Shown: one piece after another, positions 1-12,821 of the stretch
How the letters are laid out: each line of letters begins with the position of its first letter
Position numbering within the stretch: position 1 is the first letter of the stretch
From: Octopus vulgaris
Lineage: Eukaryota
Length of the DNA: 64,000 nt
NCBI GenBank assembly: GCA_951406725.2
Contig: OX597816.1
Coordinates: 180,420,001 to 180,484,000, forward strand
Direction of reading: 5' to 3'
Notes under the pieces: generated by a model
What the model was told of the DNA's origin: nothing
Seen by the model: the letters and a program-made list of their open reading frames with translations, nothing else
Databases searched by the model: none
Position numbers and translations under genes: made by a program

Positions 1-181
1 GTATTATTCCAAAGGAATAAAATGGTGTAAAACAATGTAATCTTCTCATCTGGTAAAGAAAGGAAGGAAGGAAGGAAGAAAGAAAGAAAGAAGGAAAGAA
101 AGAAAGAAAGAAATCAAACTCATCAAAAAGACATTTTAACAGAATGTGATCGATGCAAATCCACCTGAGATGACACTGAGA

Positions 182-1122
182 GTCATCTCAGGTGGATTTG
201 CATCGATTTCTTCTTTGATCCTTTCCTTCAAATCCTCAACAGTTCGAGGACAATATTGGAAAACCTTTTCCTTTTGGTATCCCCAAAGGAAAAAGTCACA
301 AGGGCTTAAATCTAGTAACCTTGCCAGTCACCCTACATCTCTCCTTAAAGATATCAAATGCCCAGGAAACATTTCTCTCAACACTGAGCAAACATCATAC
401 TGTGTGAGCTGTGGCCCCGTCCTGTTGAAACCACACATGTTCTGTATCCAAATCTTTCTGTTTGGTGTGCAGAAAGGCCTCCAACATTTCAATCTACTGA
501 TTGGAGGTAACAGTTACTGTTGTACCACCTTCTTCAAAAAAGTATGGGCCAATCTCACCAAAGTCAGCAACTGTACACCAAACAGTTACATGAGGAGAGT
601 GAAATGGTTGTTGGTGGAATTCATGAGGATTATAGTCAGTCCAGTAGCAAACATTCTGCTTGTTTATGATTCCATTGATATGGAAGTAAGCCTCATCAGT
701 ACTCAGAACAGCTGCAGTGGGAACTTGAGCAAGAGTATTTGCACATATAGCTCTGCAGTTATGATCTGTCTCAGCTAATTTTTGAGCCAACATCATTTTG
801 TAAGGATGCAGTTTCAAATCAATATGCAAAATCCTCCTCAAACTCCAACCTGATATCCATAGTTCTGTGCTATACTTACATGCGGAATGCTTTGGCAATT
901 GCTGAATGGATGCTCTTACTACTGCCAGATTATCTGAAGTTCTAACAGTCCTAGGGAACAACTCCATCAATGTATTGACAACAATGGCCACCATTTTTCT
1001 GATATAACTTTTAAAACCCATTGAAACAAAATTACTTTTTATGTACTTTTTAGAAATATAATCAGTTGTGTTCTTTTTTTATATCCATTCAAAATGTGGG
1101 AGATCTTTGTGCTCCACCCTGT
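182..1122 (-). mobile_element. Decayed Tc1/mariner-superfamily transposase (DD37D/maT-like)
   Basis: Minus-strand LHPYK...STDEAYFHINGIINKQN..W...PHVTVWC...IGPYFFEE and downstream DLSPCDFFLWGYQKEKV...VEDLKERIKEEI, with stops; TIR-like CCACCCTGT near 1114-1122. Confidence 0.8.
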
Positions 1123-1599
1123 CTAACAAGCATGTTTGAGTATTTTACTGTTCAACTTGCATTATAGTAACTTACAATAAGCTAAACTACTTTCAAACTT
1201 CAAATTCACTCTGCACTTTTTTAATGAATGTTTTGTTGTTTCCATATTTTGTAATTTGTGCATAAATGATGCCAAGCCTGATGTGTGGAGAAATACCTTT
1301 TGTTGTTGTGTAGGGCTGAAATCTGCATTGTTGGTTTTATTGTCAAATGTCTTTTTAAATGAGAACTTCTTTGTAAACAACATCCTTTGTGGAATGTTTG
1401 TTGTTTGGGATTTATATGTTCAATCCCTGAAACCCAGTGGATACTCATTATCCATGTGTGAATGTGAGCTTTGGTAAAGGTAAAGCAAGTTTTGTTTGTT
1501 CTTGTCATTTATTAATTATCATTGCCATTGCTAATTTAATAGGAAACTGTTGTCTAATTAATGTAAATGATAACTCTTCACTTACTGAATATAAATAGT

Positions 1600-4500
1600 T
1601 TTGCTGCGATGTTGACCTTCATTTATAACTTTTACCATGATGACTTTTTTCTTGAATGTCTTGGATTACTAAACCTGTACCGTTACAAATGCCATTAGCT
1701 TGGACAATTCTATATAAGAGAATAATTATTGCATTAGTCTTTAATTTTAATATGATGATAAGCCTGAAATATTTAGCATATTTAAGTGCTCTGTAGTGAA
1801 TTCTGAAAGGTCATCCTGATGCAAGCATTGATCATGATTAAAGAGAACCTTTTCATCTCTTGGAAACAGTTCTAATATTTCCTCATTGATGAAGTCAACA
1901 TCAATACTTTTGGGTGCTAAAAGAATTTTTGAAAATTTTTCCGGCTCTGCAATGCATTCCTGTATGACATTTCTATTGAAAGCCTAAGAATTGATGGTTT
2001 TGAAGTAATGAACAATGTTACATCCCTGGGGTATAATGATTTCACCATTTGCTTCTTTTATTACAGGCCCATTTCCCACATGACGTATAACATTGTTGAA
2101 TTGAATTTGGCTGTTTTGATCATCCGAATTATGTACATATGATTTTAATCACATATTTTCTGTAAATTAAATTATTTTTTACATGTTTCCATAAAGATGA
2201 ATTATTAAAGCTGTTGTTTACTATCTGTGGTCTGCTTCCATATTTAATGACACCTAATATTTGTCAAAAATCCCCACCAAAAGTTTTTACTTTTCTGCTA
2301 ATTAGAAGTTCAAACATGGGATCAACTGTTTTCATAGGATCTCTTAATGTTCTTTGCAATTCCTCTTGGAGGAAACAGTGAGACATGTGGGTAATTCATG
2401 TGGGTAATTCATCCCAAATTATAGCATCAGCCTGACAGGTGTGAGTTGCTTTGTCACTCTGTAAGGGTACATTACATGTGGCACCATTAGCTAGATTAAA
2501 GAGAAAGGAGACAACGAAATGTGCCATTGTACCCCCAGCAAACATCAAAGCAACTATTGCTGATGGTTTGTTCTTCTTGCAATCTTTCCTTCTTTGTGAA
2601 CATTGAAGAGAATGATACTATAGAGAAATGTTTTACCTGACCCACTTGGCCCATCAATAAACAAAGTTTTAGAGGTGAGAATCTTATGACTGTGAGTATC
2701 TGCTTTTGAATTGTGAATTGCTTCTTTCATGATCTGGAAAGCTACTTGTTGACCACAATTTAATTTTTTAACATTTTCATCAAAGAAACTCTTTCGTTCA
2801 GTCTGTGGGAAATTTCTAAGATCTTGCAGAATGAATGGGTAGCCTGTCCTGAATTTGAAAGTATTCATGTTTGGTGTACACATGAGGGTGGGGATTATTT
2901 AATGTTGAACCATTTTCTCGTAAAATAAGTTCAATTTTTTGCAATCTGTGTTGTCATCTACTCTCTTTGATATCTTCTGCTTCTTAGGCAGTCATTGGAT
3001 CTTCTGAAAGTTGGGTTTCCAATGCTGTAACTAATTCGTCTGAATAGAGAAAAGTCTTGGCAGCTGATATGGAATTGCTGAAACATCTGCAACTGCCATA
3101 GTTTCATAGTATTTGTGGTCATCATGTATTGAGCCCAGTTCTATTGCAGCCGCTTTGTAAATATGGCAAACAACACCATTACTAGTTCTCATATCTTCAA
3201 GCAATGTAGCTCCAGGAATATGATGCAATAAAGCTCTTAGAATTGCTCCTGAGATGCCACATTTTCTCAGCGTTATTTCATGTGTGAAATTCAGGGAAAT
3301 CAGTGTAGAATAATCCACATGCAAAGGACTTAGCTGGTGATTCTTAGTTAACTTGCATCCATTCAGTGGGGTTGGACTTGTTGTGTGTGGATAACATGTT
3401 GAGTATCATCATCATCATCATTATTTAAGTAAACATATTACCATTGGGGTAAATAAACTTTAAGCTGTTGGAATGAAGGACATGAACCCTGTAATTTGAA
3501 TCCCCAAATCCTGCAGACTGCCTCTGATGACGATACATAGTGGCCATTTGTATAACATTAAATTTTATCTTTGTGTGTTTCTGTTTGTTGTCCATTGTTT
3601 TATTCACTAATATTGACCAACACCTGATTATAATCTTCATGAACGTATTTACTAATAACTGATTTTACAGACACACATTTCTACATTACAATGTCCTCCA
3701 TATTTGGCTAAAAAGAACGGGGAATATAGTATTACTGAACTCTTATGTAATTTGACATTTCACTTTGTGGAACCATTATTTCAATGTCAGTAAAGTGGGT
3801 AATGTATTTTCCTGAAAGTCTTTAGAGAAGAGTTTTTTTCATATTTCTCATCAACCATACACATTGGCTTGGATTTATCTCTCACACATGCGCCACGTAG
3901 CATGCATTTGGTGACATCATCATCATCATCATCATCGTTTAACGTCCGCTTTCCGCGCTAGCACGGGTTGGACGGTTTGACCGGGTCTGGGAAGCCAGGG
4001 GCCGCTCCAGGCTCCAGTCTGAATCTGGCAGAGTTTCTACGGCTGGATGCCCTTCCTAACACCAACCACTCCGTGAGTGGATTGGGTGCTTTTTACGTGC
4101 CACCTGCACAGGGGCCGGAGGGTCCGGCATCGTCACGATCGGATTCGAGCATTTTAACGTGTCAGCGGCACGGGGGCAACGAGGTCCGGGGTACTTTGGG
4201 GATTGGGGTATTTTGGGGATCCAGGGTACTTTGGGGATCCGGGGTACTTTGGGGATCCGGGGTACTTAGAATGGGTAGGGGGGTACTTAGAATGGGTAGG
4301 GGGTATGTGGAATTGCTGCAGAAAGCAGCCCGGGTCTTTGTAGTCACAGCATATCTCCAGAGATCTCGGTCCTTCGCCATTGCCTCAGTGAGGCCCAATG
4401 CTCTGAGGTCATGCTTGACCACCTCATCCCATGTCTTCCTGGGTCTACCTCTCCCCCTGATACCTTCAACTGTTTGGGAGTGGCACTTCTTCACACATCT

Positions 4501-5040
4501 CTCTTCATCCATCCGCAGCACATGACCATACCATCGCAAGCGTCGCTCTTGCACACCACATCTGATGCTTCTTATATCCAGCATTTCTCTCAGGATACTT
4601 ACACTCTGTCTTGCGTGCACACTGACACTACACATCCAGCGGATCATGCTAGCTTCATTTCTTTCAAGTCTACGCATGTCTTCTGCAGTCACAGCCCATG
4701 TTTCATTACCGTGAAGCATGGCAGTTCGCACACATGCATCATATAATCTACCTTTTGCTCTGAGGGAGAGGCCTTTTGTTGCCAGTAGGGGTAGGAGCTT
4801 TCTGAACTTTGCCCAGGCTATTCGTATTCTAGTGGTGATGTTGAATTTAATTGGCTGTGCTTGTAGATGTAGAAGTTCTGCATAATCAAACCTATCATTA
4901 TGTTTTGATCTTCTTTTTTTCTTTTTGTGTTTTAATATGAACAACACATGATAATGGCATAGTCCATGCTTTTGAAATTTATAATCCACATGTACCCTGC
5001 AGTCTCTCCCAAAATGTTCTTCTCCAAAGTGTCATGTAAG
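1600..5040 (-). mobile_element. Decayed Helitron RepHel coding remnant, interrupted by an RTE insertion
   Basis: Rep motif 2-like YKFQKHGLCHYHVLF; LLHHIPGATLLEDMRT..G...YKAAAIELG; PIF1 Walker A FIDGPSGSGKTFLY; many frameshifts; ends approximate. Confidence 0.85.
3915..4832 (-). mobile_element. 5'-truncated RTE-type LINE inserted in the Helitron
   Basis: RIRIAWAKFRKLLPLL...YDACVRTAMLHGNETW...RLRWYGHVLRM...RGRGRPRKTW; 3' tail ending in (GAT)n; TGGTGA target-site duplication at 3909-3914 and 4833-4838. Confidence 0.9.
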
Positions 5041-5684
5041 AGATTCCATTGCTAAGCACACATACACACACACACACACACGTGCGCACACACCTCTCCA
5101 CCATCGTACATTTGTCCTGAGAAATGGTTAAATAGTTTTGACAGATTCATTCTATAAAAATTTCTATCTAATAGCAATGTATGTATGTTATTTTATTACT
5201 TATGTTGAAAAGAAAAATGCAAAAATTAGAGTTACCTTTATTAAAAACAATGAAATATTAATTTAGAACAACACTTGGCAAGATATGCAACATGAAGCAT
5301 GCTTGAACATCAACAGTGGAAAAAGTAAATAAAGCTATAATGCAATAATGTTAAATGAATGTGCATTTATAAAGCAATGTAACATTACTGCCTAAATACT
5401 GCCAGTAAATTTGTGTGTGTATGTGTACACACACACACACACACACTTTGATGGATTTTTAATACAGTTAGTATTCATTACTAAACACAATACTGTTATC
5501 ATCTCTATGCTTATATGCAGTCAAAAACCCAGCCAGGGCCCAGTATAAAAGAGGTTATTGCACATGTGCTCCTGGAAGTCCATAGTAAACATATTTCTTT
5601 AAAATTATGGTGATAATTATATATATCTGTCAGAAAAAACAGTATTCAATACCATAGTAGAGATTAATAATAATAATAATAATG

Positions 5685-5718
<34 letters not shown>

Positions 5719-5865
5719 TAGTTTTGTGCTTCATTTACTTTTCATGCTGCTATTTATTCATTAATATGTTGTCAAAAGTGGTTGTGTGGATGTATTTCTT
5801 TGCCTTTCTTTCACCTTCATTGGACCTCTCTCTGCTTCACTTTCATAGAGATGAAGCACGTTGTC

Positions 5866-6037
5866 TGTATATGAATTATCAGGACACTGAGTTGGTCTGG
5901 TTATTTTATTTCTGCATACCAGATGATAGCCTTTTGGTTCAGTTTCACTTGTGCCTTATGATTTCTTTCCTTTGTCATCCCTCTTCATAAAATTGTTTTA
6001 ATGAAGTTTCAAGGGATGCACATACACACACGTGCAA

Positions 6038-6068
<31 letters not shown>

Positions 6069-6313
6069 CTATACTCCATTCAGTTGTGGGACCTTGTCTT
6101 GCAGGTAATTTCTGACCTTACCATTGACGGTACATTTAATGGAGTGGTTGGCATATGAAGGGCATCCAGCTGTAGAAACCATGCCAAAGCAGATGTATGG
6201 AGCTTGGTGCAGCCTTCTGGATCATCAGTTTACATCGAACAGTCCAAACCATGTTAGAATGGTAAAAGGGAGATTAAATAGTGATGGTGATGGTGATGAC
6301 GTATATATATGCA

Positions 6314-6362
<49 letters not shown>

Positions 6363-6868
6363 GCATATATGTATATTATGCATGAAAATTTTCTCGCTTA
6401 ATGGATAAAATGATGATATATGTGATATAAGATGGTTTAAGCATTAATTTGAGGTAAAGAACAAAACCACTGACAGGACAGAAACCATGTCTTATTGCTT
6501 TCCAAGTGACTTCCTTATTGAACACATTTGTAATGTCTTCTGTCGTTCATATCAAAATGTTGGCTATCTCTATATAAAGCATACTTGGCTTTAATTCATG
6601 TCACAAATATTAAATTGAAGTATAAAAAATCTATGTTCAAGTGGGTGATACAATATTTGTGAAGCAAATGAAATACTTATGGACATAAAAGAGTTGATTA
6701 TCTGTAACATTTATGTACTTAATTTGACAGGAGGAAATGCCAGCACTTTGTAGAGTAATAAGTAATGCATTTGTCCTGTAAATTAGATAAACTGAACCAA
6801 AAGGCTATCATCTGGTATGCAGAAATAAAATAACCAGACCAACTCAGTGTCCTGATAATTCATATACA
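5866..6868. repeat. Perfect 80-bp inverted repeat (5866-5945 / 6789-6868)
   Basis: Base-by-base reverse complement, no mismatch. Confidence 0.95.
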
Positions 6869-7049
6869 AACTTCATTGAGGAGGTTTTCACCTGTTGACT
6901 TTAAATATCTGATCCATTCCAGTCTATATTGTCCTAAAATTTTTATCAACTAATTTTATTGAAACTTTCTCTTATGTTTGTTATTTTTACATTTTAAATA
7001 CTCTTAAAGGAATCTTTCATACAGCAGTACATGGATAATTTCTGTTGAT

Positions 7050-8400
7050 CAAAGTTTTTTTACTCACTGTGCAACTCTCAAATGTTTGTGAACTAATAGC
7101 TGTAATGCTTTAGTGATTAACCTTTTGGAAAGGAAAGTTTGTGTGTATGCAGCACTGTGCCATGTAGGTGAGCAACATCTGAACATGGGTCTGAAGAATC
7201 TAGTCTTTAGGATGAGAGTATGGCTTTGTTATAGATGTGAAGTAGCCACGAGAACTTAGTGATCATGATGAGCAGCATTTGCAGTCTGAAGCCGTGTCTT
7301 GTACATCTTGTACTAGAAAAATTGTAGGAGAAGACTTGTTGGAGCAGTGTTTATGTGATTGTGATGTTGAGTGAAACAACCTTGTCATATATTGGAGGAT
7401 CTTTCAAGGTTTCTGTTCACAGAGGCCACGTTTGGCATGAGGTATACAAATTATGAAGGAACGATACCTATCTGACATAACAACACTCTTAGTTATGATC
7501 ACTGAGATGGCAGAAATATCAAAACAATGAAGTATATTCTGTTCATTTAGCAAGAGTACGAGTTACCAACACACACACACACACACACACACACATCAAA
7601 GCAATGAAAGATATAGATGCTAATGACTGTTTATATTACCATTGAGATGTTGGTAAGTGATAGGATCGAGTTTGTAAGGTTTAAAGGGTTGCTTTTTGGT
7701 GGCAAAATGGTACACTGTGACATCTTTGCATGTGTTGGTGTAGATTCTTAAGAAAGAGATGCAGACTGCAAAGTTTGATGAATATAGGAACCAGCTCTGG
7801 AGTGCACTGAGTCAAAGTAGTGGAAGAAACACAGTGAGAACCAGTCACTTTGTTAGGTTGAACAAAACTCTGTGTGTGCGTGCGTGTGTGTGTGTGTGCA
7901 TGAGATACGTTGGATTGTGATATTTGGAGAGAAAGAGAGAGAGTGTGTGTGTGTGTGTGTGTGTTTTGGAACACACATTGTAATGGCTTTATCTCTAGAA
8001 GTGCGACATGCTGAGTTGTCTTAGTCAAGGAGTGGAAATTAGAAGTTTTCAATGAAGTTAGTGGAGGTCCTTTTGACAATGGAATTGAAGACCTCCTTGT
8101 AATTTGGAAGCTGAAGGAGCTTGAAAACTGCAGTTTATGAAAGCATGTTTTACTTCATTGATGGTCATTTCATGGGGGTTGCCTGTGGTGGATAAACACC
8201 TCCTCTTTGGTCATGGCATCTTTTCCTAGCAATTGTAAACAGTATTCTTTGCTTGTACAGTCACAACACACCTATGACTGAACCACTGTGGGCTAAGTGG
8301 GCTATGGTTGTAGGTGGCATGTGCAGGGGCACAGCTACAAGGATGGTATCAATTACCTGCTTATCTACCTCCAAGCAATTGTAATTTATTTTCTGTCAGC
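7050..8400 (-). mobile_element. Highly decayed CR1/Jockey-like LINE ORF2 fragment
   Basis: Minus frame QCTPELVPIFIKLCSL resembles the pre-RT CAPELAP.L..LF motif; ends approximate. Confidence 0.5.
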
Positions 8401-9299
8401 AGTATTGTAATACAAACACATGTATACAAACAGGCCTATTATTGAAGGTGTCTATATATACTTCCTCCTGAGCTAAATTACACTATACACCTGTATCCTA
8501 TCACAAAATGTTTATATACACACATTAATTAACCCTTCCATTCAATACCTGGCAGTCCTGTTAAACCATTCACCATAACACACCCATTTCATTTCATGCA
8601 TTCATACTTCTCACTTCCATTATTCCCTTTCAGCTTACATTGTCAATAGAAATTTCTTTCATTGAATTCAGCCACTATTTTCTAATATAACTGAAAGAAA
8701 GCTTAATAATGTAAGGCTATACAGTTCTATTGATATTTTCTGCACAGTAGATGTATCTAATGAGGGTCTATAACACTTCAACTTCCTCTTCTCCATGCTG
8801 CTCTCTCCTGAACTCATCCCTCATCCACTCCACATCTTTCTCTCTTTCCTTCTCACCATCTCTTCCTGTTGTTCTTTTTGTTTCCCACTCCCCTTTATCT
8901 CTCTCTCACACAGACACAAGCATGAAAGCAGTTTCTTTTTTATACTCATGAAGATTCATATCAGCTAAGGAGATATTGTGAATTTGTGACTTGCATGCTT
9001 TCCCTCGTATTTATTGGAAGCATAAAAGAAATACACCAAATTGAATATCCAATACCCCATCTTCTCTCTCTCTCGCTCGCTCTCTCTCTCTGTCACACAC
9101 ATGTACACACACACTGTTACTGATACAAAACCCAATTTCAGAATTCCTCTAGCATCTTACATTCAGTATGTCAGCTGATTAAAAATGACATATTATCGCA
9201 TTTACCTGGCCTTTGTGAATTCAACAAATCACAAAGGTGAAAATGTGGCCATTCATTAAACAACTGCAGTAGATTCCTTTAATTCCTGCTTTTCCATGC

Positions 9300-9860
9300 T
9301 AGCGTACACTTGACAAAGGCATATTTGAAGCAAGGTCTCCAATTTTCACTTGTTTTTCAGACTCTATGATGAGAACTACATCATCAACATGTAGGAACTC
9401 CCACAGGTGACTGGTCTTCACCTCAATTATTATGGCCTGGAAAACCAAGCTCTGATAAACTCCTACTTTCACCCCAAATTCTTCACTCAGCTGGTTGTCA
9501 ACACTCACTTTACTCACTGCTCTACTGTGTATGACAAACACTGCTCTTGTCAGCCACTCTTCAATGTGGCCCACCAGATCTATAGATTGAAAGATCTATA
9601 CATCAAGCTACCCTGTCAAAGGCCTCTAGATTAACAAAAGCTAGATATAGAGGTTTACATATGGCTAGGAACTTCTGCATTTTTCTTACTGTGAAGGAAC
9701 CACAAGTGTTACTCTACCCTAGGACAAACCCAAACTGCATTTCATTTTAGTAGGATAACTCTCTAATCATTTGTGCTAAATATTTTGTAACTTTATTGGT
9801 GTAGTCTATCAGTTTGATTTCCTTTGCTAACAATTCTGCTGGTTTGCCACCTTCCAGCCA
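9300..9860 (-). mobile_element. Decayed RTE reverse-transcriptase fragment
   Basis: QFGFVLG; EEWL...SKVSVDNQLSEEFGVKVGVYQ...EFLHVDDVVL. Confidence 0.7.
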
Positions 9861-9894
9861 CGGGTCATATTATTAATGTTTATATATATATATA

Positions 9895-10434
9895 TTCAAC
9901 TTACAATGAAAGTAAGCAAAGTTGGCTTTAGAAGTGTTGAGATGTATTGAAAGATACAGAAATAATTTATTCTCAAACACAGGATAATGCTAATATAATA
10001 GCATGAGCAGGATAAACTTATCCAAATATTGCAGAAAAATCTGTCAGCAGCCAGCAGACTTGAACTCACATTCTTGTGATTACACATCAAGTGCTTTACC
10101 TTTAAGCTAAATTACCCAGTGACAAATTCTTCTGCAATTTTAGGATTTATAAATCTAGCATTATAAGACACTAGCATTAAATTCAACCTACAAGGAAAGT
10201 GAACAAAGTTTGCTTAAGAAGCATTTAGATGTATTGAAAGATACTGAAATAATTGAACCCAAAACCATGCAGGTAAAGCACTTGATGTGTAATCACAGGG
10301 ATGTGAGTTCAAGTCTCATGGCTGGCCACTGACTAATTTTTCTGCAATATATGGATAAGTTTATCCTGTTCATGCTATTATATTATTATATTAGCATTAT
10401 CCTGTATTTGAGAATAAATTATTTCTGTATCTTT
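9895..10434. repeat. Inverted repeat (9950-10101 / 10271-10434) plus partial direct repeat, within (TA)n
   Basis: Direct comparison of the arms. Confidence 0.9.
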
Positions 10435-10656
10435 ATATATATATATATTTATTGATGCAGGCAAGGCTGTGCAGTAAAGAAGCTTGCTTCCCAACCATGT
10501 GGTCTTTGGTTCAGTCCCACTGAATGGCACCTTCAGAATCATCCTAAAAAATTAACATGATCTGGGTGCTTTCTTAAACTCAAAATGTTAAGATTTTGAA
10601 TGCTGCCTTTATGAGTGGGAATTCATTTTGGCAATGGGGTTATGTCCATTTTCATA

Positions 10657-11066
10657 GATGCAGGAGTTGCTGTGTAGTAAGAAGCTTGCTTTCCAACCAC
10701 ATGGTTCTGGGTTCAATCCCACTGTGTGGCATCTTGGGTAAGTGTCTTCTACTATAGCCTCGGGTCAACCAAAGCTTTGTGAGTGGATTTGATAGACGGA
10801 TACTAAAAGAAGCCCGTCGTATATATATATATATGTATATAACTCTGATAGGTTTCGGCTATTGTAGGCCCAAGCCATGTCTAACTTAATAGCGTATGTA
10901 TTTGTGTGTCTGTGTTTGTTCCCCCACCATCACTTGACAACCGATGTCGGCGTATTTACATACCTGTAACTTGGCAATTCAGCAAAAATTGATCGATGGA
11001 ATAAGTAGTAGACTTACAAAGAATAAGTCTTGGGGTTGATTTGTTCGACTAAAAGACGATGTTCCA
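10657..11066 (+). mobile_element. tRNA-derived SINE of the window's major family
   Basis: Head GGAGTTGCTGTGTAGTAAGAAGCTTGC...GGTTCAATCCCAC (A/B-box-like), internal (TA)n, body homologous to the copies at 13873, 17222 and 56837. Confidence 0.85.
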
Positions 11067-12047
11067 GATGTCTAGTTGGTGTGTGGGAAATTTGTCGAGT
11101 GTGTTGTTCTTCTTTAACAACAGGCTGGAGGTTGGCAGTCAATATATATTATTTAGCTATATCTGGGTGTGTGTAGGTTCCTTTTTGATAACGTGCTCAT
11201 GTATTGTTTATAACAAAAAAAAAGAGAAAAGAAAAAAGAAGGAAAAAAAAGGAAGCTGCATGTATAATACAAAACTTAGAAGCAGTGCTACGGATGTACC
11301 AGCACACACGAGATTGAGACATGGCTGACCTCACGCACATCTCATGAGGAATTCTTGAAGGCTAATTATAGCAACGACTCCATCAATTCCTAGGGATATC
11401 TGAAGAAGGAATTTTTATTCGGAAATATCATATCAGGCAATGGTTGATTAAATTACAACAGTTTAGTCCATTGTTTGTATCAAAGTGCATTGTTGTGTCA
11501 TTTAAAACATTCTATTCTTTATATATATATATATATTGTATGTGAGTGTGTGTGCATCCCTGTGTACATACATATGTATATATTCAAGACTACAAATAAA
11601 GTTATAGCAGTTATAGCACTTGATATAAAACACTGCAATTTTGTGTTTCTTCTTCTAAAAAAAATCTGAAGCATGAAGTCAACTGTAAGAGCATCTCTGA
11701 GATCTGAGATATAATGGCAAGAAAAAAAGAGTTTTCTTTTATGTGTAACCATTTCTTTTGAAGACTATAGGAATTCAGCTCTGCATTGAGATTATGGACT
11801 AGCATGGCCAATACAAAAGGACTGTTACATGTGGGAGTTGTATAGTTTGGTTGTTTTAGATCAATTCCTATCCATTTAAAAATACATGGTAATGGAATCC
11901 GAATGGAAAGGATTCTCATAAAACTAAATACTATTCAATTTTTGTTGGTGATGTTGGGTTGTTTTTTTTTTTTATGTATTCATTCAAAAAATAATTGCTT
12001 TTCCACTTCTCTGCAATAGTGGTGACAACATCAAAATCTATTCATCA

Positions 12048-12049
<2 letters not shown>

Positions 12050-12129
<80 letters not shown>
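12050..12129. repeat. (CT)n microsatellite
   Basis: Direct. Confidence 0.95.
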
Positions 12130-12756
12130 ATGTTCATCATACTCTTCACTTATTGCAAGTTTCTTGAAAATAAGCAGTGTTTCTACTAAAGTTACTATTT
12201 TTTTGTTATTTTTTTTTTTTTTTCATATAAGCCAATATTGTCAATTTACCCATTCAAAATCATCATCATCAGAAAGTAACAGCTTGTTGTCTTCATATTT
12301 CTCAAGTTCTCTCTTTTTTTGTCCATAAACTCAATGGCTCCTCTTGGATTTTTCTCTTTCTTTTATCTTCCATTTTTTTCTTCCTTTTTCCAACTTCTGC
12401 CTCATTATATTTTGGTAACGCTTTGGTAACATCTTTGTGGAGATTGTGGAGAGCTTTCCTCCATTGTTTCCTTTCTGAATAAGCTTCTCAAAATTGATCA
12501 ACTCAAACTTACTTTTATACTCCATTATCTATTCTTTTTTTTATATATATAATTATTCATTTATTAGTTTTTGTTATTAATACTAACTATGACAGGAATT
12601 ATGACAGTGATGATCATGATGAATATGATTATCATTCATTAATTTCCCTATCCTCCTTCAGTTTAATTTGCATTGACAATATTTCTGGCTAATTTATGGA
12701 TTATTGAAGAATGACGTTATCTTATCCTTTTTTGTTTTGTCAATTCATAATAAAGG

Positions 12757-12821
<65 letters not shown>

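Noticed and set aside
146-778. 210-aa + strand ORF
   Set aside because: Antisense shadow of the transposase relic.
10845-10885. Third hammerhead (GCCGAAAC on the minus strand)
   Set aside because: No CUGANGA core at the expected position.
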